From Alphaproteobacteria bacterium (GTDB taxonomy: Bacteria; Pseudomonadota; Alphaproteobacteria; UBA9219): DNA of 64,000 nucleotides. The position numbers and the translations under genes were made by a program. The notes beneath the pieces were generated by a model, which was not told where the DNA came from, did no database searches, and was given only the letters and a program-made list of their open reading frames with translations. Position 1 is the stretch's first letter. Every line of letters begins with the position of its first letter. The stretch lies in NCBI GenBank assembly GCA_013289265.1, contig JABDAH010000006.1, positions 706-64,705 of the forward strand, in the 5' to 3' direction. Shown in pieces: positions 1 to 9,686 of this stretch.

Positions 1-1513
1 CAGCCGTAAATTGAATGAGGCGTAAAACGGCGGGATGAAACGGATCATACAGATCAGCGACACGCTCGTCGCCCCGGTCGATTGCCAATGTATATTGCGT
101 CAGGTCATTACTACCGATAGCAAAGAAATCGCAGACTTTAGCAAGAGCATCGGCGGCAAGGGCAGCAGCCGGAATTTCGATCATCGCGCCAAGCGGCGGA
201 ATATTCGGCACCTTGATGCCACGCCGTTGCAGACGGCGTTCCACCTGCAGGACATGTTCCCGCACCTGCTTCATCTGCGCGACACTTGAGACCATCGGTA
301 TTAAAATCCGCACGGGGCCATGAACGCTGGCGCGTAATATCGCTGCCAATTGCGTATCCAGCAGTTTTGGTTCTTTCAGCCCCAGACGAATAGCGCGCAA
401 ACCGAGCGCCGGATTAACGCTGTCCCCTGTCGCGGCGCCTAAAGCCGTTGCCAATTTCTCGCCGCCGACATCCAGTGTGCGGATCGTAATTGGCCTGCCG
501 TCCAGATCATGGATCAGTTTCTTGAGCGCTTCATATTGTTCATCTTCATCCGGCAGGTCGGGGCGGTTCATAAACTGGAATTCAGTGCGCAACAACCCTA
601 CACCAGCCGCGCCCGCCTCGATTGCGGCTTCGACATCACGCGGTAATTCGAGATTAGCCTGCAAGGTGATTGTCGTGCCATCGGTCGTGACCGGCGCTAC
701 ATCCTTTAGCGTTCTCAGCTTCTTATCTTCACGCTGTTTCTTCGCCAGTTCCTGGCGGTAATGCTGCAGGGTTGCGGCATCGGGCCGCATGATAATTTTA
801 CCCTCGCGCCCGTCGATGATAACGATATCGCCAGCCGTTAGCCCTTGCATCAATCCGGCGATGCCAGACACTGCTGGCCAGCCGAGCGCACGCGCCATAA
901 TCGCCGCATGTCCTTCGGCACCCCCCAGCACCGTGACAAAACCAGCGACAAAATCCGGGTTCATCATGGCGGTATCAGCGGGGGTGATTTCCTCGGCAAC
1001 GATGACGCTACCCTGCGGCACATCGGCGAACGGATTGTAATGTTGCTGCAATAAATGACGTATCAACCGCACGCCGACATCACCAACATCGGCAGCGCGC
1101 GCGGCGAGGTAAGGGTCATCCATACCTGCAAAGCTGGCTTTAATCGCGCCGATCTGCCGCTGGATAGCGGCTTCGGCATTGATATGGTCTTCGCGGATCA
1201 ATTCTTCGACACCCCGCACCAGCCGCGAACCGGACAGCATACCCTTGTATGCTTCCAGCAGCAGGATGATATCTTCCGCGCCCGCAGGTAAGGATTCCGC
1301 TTTTTGTTTCAGCTGCCCCAGCTGGCGCTGCGTTTTGGCAATCGCGCTATGAAAACGTTTAAGTTCTTTATCGATCTTGGCGGCAGGAATTTCATATTCC
1401 GGCACCGGCACGCCGTGCTGGTCGATGATATAGGCAGGACCGATAGCGATACCAGAAGATATACCAATGCCCTGTTCGATATGCTGGTCAGTGCGCGGCG
1501 TTTCATTCTTCAT
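1..1513 (-). CDS. ptsI: PTS enzyme I (phosphoenolpyruvate-protein phosphotransferase); C-terminus runs off the window
   Basis: It is absent from the ORF track because it is open to the window edge. Hand translation from ATG 1513-1511 gives [35 protein letters not shown]...[19 protein letters not shown]...[10 protein letters not shown]...[35 protein letters not shown], with no stop down to base 1. There is no N-terminal GAF domain. The plus-strand ORFs listed across this region are antisense artefacts. Confidence 0.85.
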   Translation of the reverse strand, partial: MKNETPRTDQHIEQGIGISSGIAIGPAYIIDQHGVPVPEYEIPAAKIDKELKRFHSAIAKTQRQLGQLKQKAESLPAGAEDIILLLEAYKGMLSGSRLVRGVEELIREDHINAEAAIQRQIGAIKASFAGMDDPYLAARAADVGDVGVRLIRHLLQQHYNPFADVPQGSVIVAEEITPADTAMMNPDFVAGFVTVLGGAEGHAAIMARALGWPAVSGIAGLMQGLTAGDIVIIDGREGKIIMRPDAATLQHYRQELAKKQREDKKLRTLKDVAPVTTDGTTITLQANLELPRDVEAAIEAGAAGVGLLRTEFQFMNRPDLPDEDEQYEALKKLIHDLDGRPITIRTLDVGGEKLATALGAATGDSVNPALGLRAIRLGLKEPKLLDTQLAAILRASVHGPVRILIPMVSSVAQMKQVREHVLQVERRLQRRGIKVPNIPPLGAMIEIPAAALAADALAKVCDFFAIGSNDLTQYTLAIDRGDERVADLYDPFHPAVLRLIQFTA

Positions 1514-1790
1514 CGAATTTCCGTTTCACTAACTCGGTTAAGGCATTGACGGCATCAGCAGCATCAACACCTGTGCTGCATATTTTAATAGCTGTACCAC
1601 AACTGGCGGCCAGCATCATCAATCCCATAATCGACCGCGCCGATACGCGCATGTCGTCTTTGACAACGATAGTCTCCGCCTTAAAGGCTTCGGCAATTTT
1701 GACGAATTTGGCGGCGGCCCTAGCATGCAGCCCGCGTTGATTAGCAATAACGGCAATGTTGCAGAGTTCTCCGCCCACAATATCAGACAT
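1503..1790 (-). CDS. ptsH: HPr/NPr phosphocarrier protein
   Basis: 95 aa. The sequence [14 protein letters not shown] contains the active-site His context typical of HPr. The stop overlaps the ptsI start by 11 nt (gATGAAGAATGAa). Confidence 0.85.
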   Translation of the reverse strand: MSDIVGGELCNIAVIANQRGLHARAAAKFVKIAEAFKAETIVVKDDMRVSARSIMGLMMLAASCGTAIKICSTGVDAADAVNALTELVKRKFDEE

Positions 1791-1800
1791 CAGGCGAACC

Positions 1801-2220
1801 TTAGGCAGCCGATGTTGTGTTAGGCGGCGCCAGATTTTCCGACACCAGTTGAATATATTTACGGCCGGCCATTTCGGCTTCCCGCACGGCGTCCAGCAAC
1901 GGCATGGTTACGCGCACTGTCGCCAATTTAATCAGCATCGGCAGATTGACACCAGCCAGCACAACAGCCTGCGATGCTGGCATCGCGGCGATTGCCAGAT
2001 TGCTAGGGGTGCCGCCGAACATGTCTGTCAGCATGACGACGCCCTTCCCGCTATTGACGTCCTTGATGGCAGCCATAATGCGCTTGCGGCATTCATCCAT
2101 ATCATCGTCCGCACCGATGCCGACCGCCTGCACCTGCTGTTGCGGACCGACAACATGGCTGAGCACGCTGAGCAACTCAGCCGCCAAATTGCCATGCGTG
2201 ACTAAAACCATTCCGATCAT
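1801..2220 (-). CDS. PTS EIIA component, mannose/fructose type
   Basis: 139 aa. MIGMVLVTHGNLAAELL has the N-terminal His motif of the EIIA-Man family. It sits between rapZ and ptsH. Confidence 0.8.
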   Translation of the reverse strand: MIGMVLVTHGNLAAELLSVLSHVVGPQQQVQAVGIGADDDMDECRKRIMAAIKDVNSGKGVVMLTDMFGGTPSNLAIAAMPASQAVVLAGVNLPMLIKLATVRVTMPLLDAVREAEMAGRKYIQLVSENLAPPNTTSAA

Positions 2221-2250
2221 GTTGTACTCCTTAAAAAATCCAGCAGCAGT

Positions 2251-3150
2251 TTACGCTTTATTCGCGCCGCGATCCAGATCGCGGTGGCCGATGCCTACAA
2301 TATAGCCATGACTGGCCAAAACAGTTGATATTTGTTCGGTCACAAAAACCGAGCGGTGACGCCCCCCGGTACAACCAATTGCAATCGTCAGATAGCTTTT
2401 ACCCTCTTGCTGATAGCGCGGCAATAAGGGCAGCAATAAGCCCGTCATATGGTCGATAAAGCCTTTATAATCAGCATCATTCTGGATATAGGCGGCAACA
2501 GCGTCATCCTTGCCGGTCAGAGTCCGCAGACTCTCTTCCCAATGGGGGTTAACAAGAAAACGCGCATCAAATACCAGATCCGCCTCGCGCGGCACGCCGT
2601 GGCGATAAGAAAAAGATGTCACAAACAAGGTCAGGCCCGCGGCGCTGTCCATGTGATAGTGGCCGACCATCAAGCGCCGCAGGTCATGGATCGAAAGAAG
2701 TGAGGTATCCATCACATGATCGGCTTCGTTGCGCAGTGGCCAGAGCATTTCACGCTCGCGCCGGATGCCGTCAGTCACAGGCCGGTCAACTGCCAGCGGA
2801 TGCCGTCGCCGCGTCTCGGTAAAGCGGCGCTGCAGGGCTTCGTCCGAGCATTCCAGAAAAACCAGTTTTACATCAAGGGTGGAATCTTGCGTCAATTTAC
2901 CGACTGTCCGCAGCAATTCATCAACGGTGAAGTTGGCGTTGCGCGTATCGATAGCGACGGCAAGTGCGTCGCTGGTTGTGTGATTGTCGGCAATCAACGC
3001 CTGAATTAAACCGAGACGCAGGTTATCGACAGCCTCATACCCCATATCCTCGAAGATTTTCAGTGCCGTCGACAGTCCCGCGCCGGACATGCCGGTCAGC
3101 ATGACAATGCGGCGCTTGGCTGGTGCTGAGGATATTTCCGTTTCAGTCAT
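2251..3150 (-). CDS. rapZ: RNase adapter / P-loop nucleotide-binding protein RapZ (YhbJ family)
   Basis: 299 aa with a Walker A motif GMSGAGLS. The C-terminal CTGGRHRSV motif is characteristic of RapZ. Confidence 0.85.
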   Translation of the reverse strand: MTETEISSAPAKRRIVMLTGMSGAGLSTALKIFEDMGYEAVDNLRLGLIQALIADNHTTSDALAVAIDTRNANFTVDELLRTVGKLTQDSTLDVKLVFLECSDEALQRRFTETRRRHPLAVDRPVTDGIRREREMLWPLRNEADHVMDTSLLSIHDLRRLMVGHYHMDSAAGLTLFVTSFSYRHGVPREADLVFDARFLVNPHWEESLRTLTGKDDAVAAYIQNDADYKGFIDHMTGLLLPLLPRYQQEGKSYLTIAIGCTGGRHRSVFVTEQISTVLASHGYIVGIGHRDLDRGANKA

Positions 3151-3577
3151 GAAGGTCGGTCACAAGCGGATAAGAAAGAAAGGCCCGGATCTTGGCGGGC
3201 GTCGAAGCTGCGAATGAAGGTAGCCTAAGCCTTGGCACCGCATGGTCAAGCAGCAAAATTTTGTCATTGTCCGGCAGGCGTTCCAGCTCCTGCGATGAGG
3301 CGGTTAATTCGATATAGAGCGCAACAACTGCCTGTTGAATAAACGGCAATTTCATTAGACCCACATGCCGCACTTCGAACAATCCGGTGATGGCGGGCGG
3401 CGGTGATGCGATCAATTGATCTTTTTCAACATGCAGTTGCGTTTGATCGTCCGATACCAATTGCGCACCGGCATCAATCAAGCGCAATGCGAGGTCAGAT
3501 TTACCTGCGCCAGCAGATCCCGCAATCAGGACAGCTTTATGAGCGATAGCAACACAGGAAGCATGAAGGAGCATCAT
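3143..3577 (-). CDS. hprK: HPr kinase/phosphorylase, short C-terminal-domain form
   Basis: 144 aa with P-loop GSAGAGKSDLALRL and the motif EVRHVG. The length matches the truncated alphaproteobacterial HprK. It overlaps the rapZ start by 8 nt. Confidence 0.75.
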   Translation of the reverse strand: MMLLHASCVAIAHKAVLIAGSAGAGKSDLALRLIDAGAQLVSDDQTQLHVEKDQLIASPPPAITGLFEVRHVGLMKLPFIQQAVVALYIELTASSQELERLPDNDKILLLDHAVPRLRLPSFAASTPAKIRAFLSYPLVTDLHD

Positions 3578-3619
3578 AGAGAGAGGATAGGGCCAGCCTC
3601 TGATTTATCAAAGACAGAA

Positions 3620-4195
3620 TTAAGGAACCGTCCTTCGGCGCCACAAAATCAGTAGGACCAAGCTGCCTTCCGCAAGTACGATAAACAGCGGCGACAGGGT
3701 TGTAATAACTGAATAATGGCTGAGCGCAAATAAGGCAAAGACGTATTTTATAGTATCCAGAATATAAACAATGATGTTTTCTTCACGGGGGTTGCTCCAC
3801 GATTTGCGGAAGGTGGGGTAATAACCGCCTGCGTCTATGACCGTTATAAGCAGCACCGCCCATAGAGCATTTTCGGTTACAGCCCATAACGGTATTGCCG
3901 CCAAGGTGGCGATCAGGCAAAACCAATCGGAACGTTTGATGTTTTTTTCGCCGTAACGCACAGCGAGTGCCGCAATCACAAAACATCCCGTTGCACTAAC
4001 ACCCGATGCCCAAGCTCCGGGCCCTGCATTGTCGCTATCCTGCGCGAAATAAGAGATGGCCGATATCAAACCCCAAATGATCCACGAAAAAAGATGCGGC
4101 TTGGTTTGCCCTTTTAAAGTCGTCAGAAAATAGGGCGTATAGCCCACGAGTGTCAGTATGATGGAAACAATGCCGAGGACGTTTTTATCAAGCAT
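3620..4195 (-). CDS. Hypothetical polytopic membrane protein
   Basis: 191 aa with about six hydrophobic segments. I did not recognise a family. Confidence 0.5.
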   Translation of the reverse strand: MLDKNVLGIVSIILTLVGYTPYFLTTLKGQTKPHLFSWIIWGLISAISYFAQDSDNAGPGAWASGVSATGCFVIAALAVRYGEKNIKRSDWFCLIATLAAIPLWAVTENALWAVLLITVIDAGGYYPTFRKSWSNPREENIIVYILDTIKYVFALFALSHYSVITTLSPLFIVLAEGSLVLLILWRRRTVP

Positions 4196-4275
4196 TGGGG
4201 GTCAGAAAGTGAAGCGTTTTAAAGAAGTCACTACGGCAAGCGTCATTCCAGTCATCACCGGATGACGCTCGTGAA

Positions 4276-4785
4276 TTAAGCCGCTTCGGCTTTAGAGGCC
4301 GCCTTCTTAGGCAGGTCAGCAATGGCCTGATCAATAAGTTTGCCCGCTGCTGTTTCATCCATTTGCGATGTCAAAGTCTTGCGCGCCATTTCCATCGCCA
4401 TATCGATGGCCGCTGTACGTACTTCCGTCAGTGCCTCAGCTTCGGCAACGCGGATGCGGTCTGTCGCCTGCTGTTCATGGCGAGCCAATGAGTTCTTCAG
4501 TTCCGCTTCTGCGTTAACCTTCAAACGTTCGGCTTCTTCCTTAGCGCTGGAGATAATCGCTTCGGCCTGCGCGAAAGCTTCTTTCTGGCGTACTTTATAA
4601 TCCGCCATCATACTCTCGGCATCGGCGCGCAATTTGCGGGCTTGTTCTAGCTCGTCACGGATTTTGATAATCTCAGCGTCGATCACTCCCAGCATCGGCT
4701 TGCGGGCAAAACGGTAGGCGAGGCCAATGAAAATAACGAAAGCAATCGCGTACATGAACATGGGGTCGTTGAAAAGTTCGCTCAT
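4276..4785 (-). CDS. atpF: F0F1 ATP synthase subunit b
   Basis: 169 aa with one N-terminal TM helix and a long Ala/Glu/Lys-rich helix. It is the last gene of the F0 operon. Confidence 0.85.
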   Translation of the reverse strand: MSELFNDPMFMYAIAFVIFIGLAYRFARKPMLGVIDAEIIKIRDELEQARKLRADAESMMADYKVRQKEAFAQAEAIISSAKEEAERLKVNAEAELKNSLARHEQQATDRIRVAEAEALTEVRTAAIDMAMEMARKTLTSQMDETAAGKLIDQAIADLPKKAASKAEAA

Positions 4786-5327
4786 GCCTTCACCTTCAGG
4801 CCTGTTACTTTTTCAACAATGCCGTGGGCAAGCTCAGAAGCGGAACCCTTGATTTCATTCAAAGCCGCATCGCGCACCGCGCGAATGGCAGCTTCAGCGT
4901 CTTGCAGACGCTTATTAAGGTCCTGCTGCTGCGAAGCCTGCTTGGCCGCCGATTCCTTGGCGGCTTTGGCGGCAATATCGCTTACGGTCGTCTGCGCCTT
5001 GGCCCTTGCGTCCGACAAAGCTTGTTCATACTGGGCGACCATCTGGCGCGCCATTTCATTGGCGGCAGAGGCGGCAGAGAGCTCCGCCGAAATCACCTGC
5101 TGGCGATTATCCTGCGTGCGCTTGACACCCGGCAGAGCGACTTTGCTCATCAACGCGTAAAGAAGAACGAAACTGACCGTGAGCCAGAAAAGCTGCGCCG
5201 GGAACAATGTTGTGTCGAGCTGCGGCAATCCGGCTTCTTCGCCAGATTCCGCGGCCAACACCGGCAACGCATACAGCGCGAGGCCGAGCGTCCATCCAAT
5301 TGCAGCTATGTTCCGTCTTGCGGTCAT
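4782..5327 (-). CDS. atpF2: F0F1 ATP synthase subunit b'
   Basis: It has b-like architecture. I moved the start to MTARRNIAAIG (ATG 5327) because the track start at 5381 would overlap atpE by 40 nt. Confidence 0.8.
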   Translation of the reverse strand: MTARRNIAAIGWTLGLALYALPVLAAESGEEAGLPQLDTTLFPAQLFWLTVSFVLLYALMSKVALPGVKRTQDNRQQVISAELSAASAANEMARQMVAQYEQALSDARAKAQTTVSDIAAKAAKESAAKQASQQQDLNKRLQDAEAAIRAVRDAALNEIKGSASELAHGIVEKVTGLKVKA

Positions 5328-5341
5328 TATCGATCTTTTTC

Positions 5342-5566
5342 TTACTTGGCGTTCATGATCATCATGGCGATGACGAAGCACATCAGCATGACGAGTTCGG
5401 TCACGGCAAAGCCGAGGTAACCGGTCAGGCGGAACTTGGCTTCTGCAGCTGGGTTACGCGCAATTGCGCTGATCCATGCCGAGAAGATCAGGCCGAGACC
5501 GATACCGGCGCCGAGCGCACCGATCATAGCGATACCGGCGCCGAGATATTTGACTGAACCTTCCAT
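5342..5566 (-). CDS. atpE: F0F1 ATP synthase subunit c
   Basis: 74 aa. GAGIGLG...ARNP...FAVTE forms the typical c-ring hairpin with the carboxylate in helix 2. Confidence 0.9.
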   Translation of the reverse strand: MEGSVKYLGAGIAMIGALGAGIGLGLIFSAWISAIARNPAAEAKFRLTGYLGFAVTELVMLMCFVIAMMIMNAK

Positions 5567-5608
5567 TGAAAACTCCCTTTAGTGTGTTGCTTGTGGTTGA
5601 TTAATTTC

Positions 5609-6358
5609 TTAATGGCTCTCGACTGCATCGCGCAGATATACCGCTGCCAAAATGGCGTAGATATAAGCCTGCAGGAAGGCGACGAAAAATTCGAACCCGG
5701 TGATAGCAATGTTGGCGACCAGAGGCAATACGCCAAGCGGCTTTAAAAACCATCCTGCCGCCAGTAAACTGATCGTCATGCCGGCAAAAACACCGAGCAA
5801 AATATGGCCAGCCAGCATGTTGGCGAACAAGCGCACCGACAGGCTGAAAGGGCGCACGAGGAACGAAAACAGCTCGATCGGCACGAGGAACAAAAGGATG
5901 GGCACTGGCACGCCGGGCGGAGCAAAAATCTGCAGGAAATGCCAGCCCTGATTGACAAAACCGGCGATGATGATGATCAGAAACAGGCCAATCGCGATAG
6001 CAAAATTAATAACGATATGGCTGGTGACGGCGAGCGATCCGGGGATCAGACCCAGCAGGTTACAGAACAGGATGAAGATGAAAATCGAGAAGATCAGCGG
6101 GAAGAAGGGCTTGGCTTTTTCGCCTGCGGTGGATTCAACCATCGAAGCGATCATATTATAAAAAGTCTCGGCTACCATTTGCCAGCGGCCCGGAACCAAA
6201 GCCTGCGGGCGCATCGCGACAACCATCAGGCAGGTGCTGGCGACAATCGCAAGCAGCATAAACAAAGTCGAATTGGTGAAAGCAACAGGATGGCCGCCCA
6301 GCGTAAACAGCGGCGCGCTGAGGGAATGAATTTCAAATTCTTCGAACATTGAGGCCAT
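5609..6358 (-). CDS. atpB: F0F1 ATP synthase subunit a
   Basis: 249 aa, polytopic. LSVRLFANMLAGH contains the conserved Arg motif of subunit a. Confidence 0.9.
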   Translation of the reverse strand: MASMFEEFEIHSLSAPLFTLGGHPVAFTNSTLFMLLAIVASTCLMVVAMRPQALVPGRWQMVAETFYNMIASMVESTAGEKAKPFFPLIFSIFIFILFCNLLGLIPGSLAVTSHIVINFAIAIGLFLIIIIAGFVNQGWHFLQIFAPPGVPVPILLFLVPIELFSFLVRPFSLSVRLFANMLAGHILLGVFAGMTISLLAAGWFLKPLGVLPLVANIAITGFEFFVAFLQAYIYAILAAVYLRDAVESH

Positions 6359-6379
6359 TGTTATCCGTCTCCCGCATTC

Positions 6380-6661
6380 TTACTTCTGGCTATCCATAGC
6401 CTTCCAAACTCTATACATGCCAGCGCCAAAACCGACAAAGATCATGAGGATCAATCCCCAAGGTCCCGTTCCCGCCTGCCTGTCGATCAGCCACCCGATA
6501 AAGGTGCCGCCCAGTATGGAGCCAAGGAACTCAAACCCGACGCCGCTCATTTTCACAGGTTTGGCGTCTTCGGCCTCTAACCCGTCACCGGGTTTGGCCT
6601 GAGCCTGCTTGATCCGCGCCGCGAGGACGTCCAGTTTTTCACTATCAGGATCAGAAGCCAT
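6380..6661 (-). CDS. atpI: AtpI/AtpZ-like small membrane protein of the F0 operon
   Basis: 93 aa with two TM helices. It is the first gene upstream of atpB, as in alphaproteobacterial F0 operons. Confidence 0.6.
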   Translation of the reverse strand: MASDPDSEKLDVLAARIKQAQAKPGDGLEAEDAKPVKMSGVGFEFLGSILGGTFIGWLIDRQAGTGPWGLILMIFVGFGAGMYRVWKAMDSQK

Positions 6662-6728
6662 GCCGAAAAACCCGCTTTTAACCCCGGTTATGAGGCCGCG
6701 CGCAACCTAGGGGCGGGAGGGAGCTGAG

Positions 6729-8123
6729 TCAAGCTTCAAGACGTCTTTTTCGGCCACTTACTAAATAAGGAACAAAACCGGTTATAACCACTATACCTGC
6801 GGCCAAAGCTCCGGAATGGAAATCTTCAGGAATGGTAAGAATACCCAACTCAAAAAGCATCCAGCTGATTGCCAACCCCACGACAGGCCAACGCCAACGG
6901 CCCAAAGAAAAGGTATGCGTCGGCGGTAATTTCTTAAACCCCACAGCAAAGCCAATAACAGTGAAGGCATAAAGAAGCGCGGCAAGAATGGATGTACCGC
7001 TATATAAAGCGGTTAAACTGTCTGCCAGCAAAGTAAAAAGAATGGCTGTAGCCGATACGAAACCAATCGCAATGACCGGTACACGCTGCGCCGATATTTT
7101 CTGAAACAGGGAAGAAACGACAAACCGACGGTCACGGGCGATTGCATATAAAATTCTCGATGCCGCCGTCATGTTCAAAAGAGAACAGGCGAAAATAGCG
7201 ATAACGACAAAAACCATAAATATTTTCGTTGCCGCCGCACCCAAATGATAATTCACAATAGCAATCAGAGGATTTTCAGCGGATGTGACTTCCTTCACAT
7301 CAGGTATGGCAACTGTCATTGCAACGATAAAGAAAAATCCCAAAATAGCACTGACCGCAATTGAAGAGATAACTCCTTTCGGGGCAATCTTCCGGGCATT
7401 GATGGTTTCCTCGCTCATATCCGCCGAGGTTTCAAAACCGACAAAAGCCCACGCACCCAAAAGGCACGCCATTAAAAAGCCCGGCAAGTAGGGGCGGGGC
7501 TGAGCAGGTATCGTCGTCAGAAGGTCAAAATGCAGTTGGCCATGATGCAAAGCCATGACCGCTATCAAACAACCAAGAACGGCGATGGAAATCAATTCGG
7601 CATAGACTGCAATAAGGTTGATTTTTGACGTCAGGCGAACGCCGAAAATATTGATCAGTGTCTGAAGAAGAATAACGCCAACAGTAATGTCGGTTGTTAG
7701 GGCCGGATTAAATTGTGTATCAAATATCGTGCCGACCACGGGTACTAAAGTCGACGTTACAGCCGCCACGCCAATGGAATAGGCAGATAAAGCCAGCCAT
7801 CCTGTAAACCATCCGACAGCAGGCCCCATAAGTTTGATATTCCAGTTATATGCCGCGCCGGTCAGAGGCATGCGGCCAGCTAGTTCGGCAAAAACCAGAG
7901 CAACCAATGTATGGCCAGCACCAACCAGCAACCATGTCCAAAATCCAAAGGGACCGGCTTTGCCCAAAACATAGCCGTAATTGGCAAAGATACCGGTCGT
8001 GATGGAGATAAAAGAAAAAGATACGGCAAAAGAGGAAAAAAGACCCAAACTGCGCCGCAACTGAGGCTGATAGCCGGCTTCGATTATTACCTGATCATCA
8101 TCAGAACTCATAACACACCCCAA
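6729..8123 (-). CDS. APC-superfamily amino acid permease
   Basis: 464 aa with about 12 TM segments and a typical APC composition. The true start may be MSSDDD at 8111. Confidence 0.8.
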   Translation of the reverse strand: MGCVMSSDDDQVIIEAGYQPQLRRSLGLFSSFAVSFSFISITTGIFANYGYVLGKAGPFGFWTWLLVGAGHTLVALVFAELAGRMPLTGAAYNWNIKLMGPAVGWFTGWLALSAYSIGVAAVTSTLVPVVGTIFDTQFNPALTTDITVGVILLQTLINIFGVRLTSKINLIAVYAELISIAVLGCLIAVMALHHGQLHFDLLTTIPAQPRPYLPGFLMACLLGAWAFVGFETSADMSEETINARKIAPKGVISSIAVSAILGFFFIVAMTVAIPDVKEVTSAENPLIAIVNYHLGAAATKIFMVFVVIAIFACSLLNMTAASRILYAIARDRRFVVSSLFQKISAQRVPVIAIGFVSATAILFTLLADSLTALYSGTSILAALLYAFTVIGFAVGFKKLPPTHTFSLGRWRWPVVGLAISWMLFELGILTIPEDFHSGALAAGIVVITGFVPYLVSGRKRRLEA

Positions 8124-8124
8124 C

Positions 8125-8820
8125 CTACTTCTTCTCTGTTCCCTTCAGCGCCTTGACCAGCACCGCAGGTGCTACTTCTTCAGGGAAAGTGGCGATGAAT
8201 TTACCCTCCGGGTCCATCAGGTAAATCAGCGAGGAGTGATCCATGACATAATCATGCTCGTCCACATTCTCGCCCTTCTTGTAATAGACCTGATATTCTT
8301 TGGCGATTTTGGCAATCTGTTCGGCTGAACCGGTCAGGCCGATAATTGCCGGATGAAACGACGCGATATATTCCTTCATCTTGGCAGGGGTATCGCGGGC
8401 GGGGTCGATCGTCACAAAGAGCGGCTGCACATTTTTGGCGCTATCGCCCATTTGGTCCAGCGCGCGCGACATGCTTTGCAGGCCCGTCGGGCACATGTCA
8501 GGACAATAAGTGTAGCCAAAATAAATCAGAAGGTTTTTGCCTTTGAAGTCGGCATCGGACCTCGCCTTGCCGTCCTGATCAATCAGTTCAAACGGACCGC
8601 CGATTGCAAGTGTGTTAGGCGGCAATTGTGGCTGCGTTGTTTCCTGCCGCGCTGCCTGCTGCATTTGCAGGACGCGCGTTTCATCCTGCCCGCTCTGCCA
8701 GACCACCAGCCATCCGGCCAGCACCAAACCAACCAGCACCGCCAGCACGACATGCAGCGCGCGCAGTTCGAACCGGCGTTTTTCTTTTTTGGTCAGTCTG
8801 AATTTTTTGAATTTGAACAT
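8125..8820 (-). CDS. SCO1/SenC family copper chaperone (thioredoxin fold)
   Basis: 231 aa with an N-terminal TM anchor. FGYTYCPDMCP carries the CxxxC motif, with a downstream His in DHSSL. Confidence 0.85.
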   Translation of the reverse strand: MFKFKKFRLTKKEKRRFELRALHVVLAVLVGLVLAGWLVVWQSGQDETRVLQMQQAARQETTQPQLPPNTLAIGGPFELIDQDGKARSDADFKGKNLLIYFGYTYCPDMCPTGLQSMSRALDQMGDSAKNVQPLFVTIDPARDTPAKMKEYIASFHPAIIGLTGSAEQIAKIAKEYQVYYKKGENVDEHDYVMDHSSLIYLMDPEGKFIATFPEEVAPAVLVKALKGTEKK

Positions 8821-8860
8821 GCCGCTATCTTAGCAGCACTGACGGAAAGGCAAAGAGGGG

Positions 8861-8930
8861 ATTTGGAGGTCAGTGGTCAGAGAAAAGATATGCTCCCTTT
8901 ATCTCTGACCTCTTAATTCTCTGACCGCTT
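8861..8930. repeat. REP-like hairpin element, copy 1
   Basis: GGTCAGTGGTCAGAG (8869-8883) faces two TCTCTGACC units (8903-8911 and 8919-8927). It lies immediately 3' of the phoH stop. Confidence 0.6.
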
Positions 8931-8933
8931 TTC

Positions 8934-9686
8934 TTACAAAACACCCAGCATACTGGCTACTAGCGGATGCCGGACAATGTCGCTGTCTTTCAGGCGGACA
9001 ACGGCGATGCCCGACACATTTTCCAGCTTGCGGGCGATATCGGCGAGGCCCGACATGCCTTCCAGCAAGTCGCTCTGATCCGGATCGCCGGTCAGCACCA
9101 TGGTCGAATGCCAGCCGAGACGCGTCAGCAACATCTTGATCTGGTTATAAGTGCAGTTCTGCACTTCATCGATCACGACAAAGGCGTTGTTCAGCGTACG
9201 CCCGCGCATGAAACCGATCGGCGCGATTTCAATCGTGCCATCTGCCAGATGTTGCTTCAGACGCTTGGCGCCCATACGGTCATTCAGCGCATCGTAAAGA
9301 GGCCGCAGGAACGGCGCCATTTTCTCATGCAGATCACCAGGCAGGAAGCCAAGTGACTCGCCCGCCTCAACCGCAGGCCGCGACAGCACGATGCGGTCAA
9401 CACGCCCTGCTTCCAAAGCTTCAACCGCGGCACTGATGGCCAGGTAGGTTTTACCTGTGCCAGCAGGTCCTGCGGCGACAACCAGATTATTTTTTGCCAT
9501 CGCCTCTAACAAGAGCGACTGATTGGCGTTCTGTGGTTTTATTTTGCGGACATAGCTCTGATCGCGACGATCAAAAGCAGGTTGATTCAGCGGGTCCCAA
9601 GGGGAAGAAGATGTATAAAGCGGTTCTACATTATGTTGATGTTTGTCATTGCGATTTGAGTGCTCAAAATGACGCCGCTTTGCCAT
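8934..9686 (-). CDS. phoH: PhoH-like ATPase
   Basis: 250 aa with Walker A GPAGTGKTY and Walker B VVIDEVQN. It has the PhoH family C-terminal signature. Confidence 0.85.
   Translation of the reverse strand: MAKRRHFEHSNRNDKHQHNVEPLYTSSSPWDPLNQPAFDRRDQSYVRKIKPQNANQSLLLEAMAKNNLVVAAGPAGTGKTYLAISAAVEALEAGRVDRIVLSRPAVEAGESLGFLPGDLHEKMAPFLRPLYDALNDRMGAKRLKQHLADGTIEIAPIGFMRGRTLNNAFVVIDEVQNCTYNQIKMLLTRLGWHSTMVLTGDPDQSDLLEGMSGLADIARKLENVSGIAVVRLKDSDIVRHPLVASMLGVL

Noticed and set aside
35-1549. Several 60-95-aa plus-strand ORFs in the track (35-289, 477-761, 789-1040, 845-1054, 1055-1291, 1304-1549).
   Set aside because: They lie antisense to a continuous, motif-rich ptsI reading frame on the minus strand. 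Their translations are low-complexity, Arg/Ser/Ala-rich sequences typical of antisense frames.
4782-5381. Upstream-extended starts given by the ORF track for several genes: atpF2 5381, ihfB 17432, fur 22793, fdxA 22816, cspA 35396, hisF 31655, hisN 33044, cupin 39081, arsR 44102, patatin 58785, queC 62421 and the luxR-like gene 10060.
   Set aside because: The extensions overlap neighbouring genes or promoters, add non-homologous residues before conserved N-termini, and lack Shine-Dalgarno sequences. The internal starts I used restore canonical N-termini.
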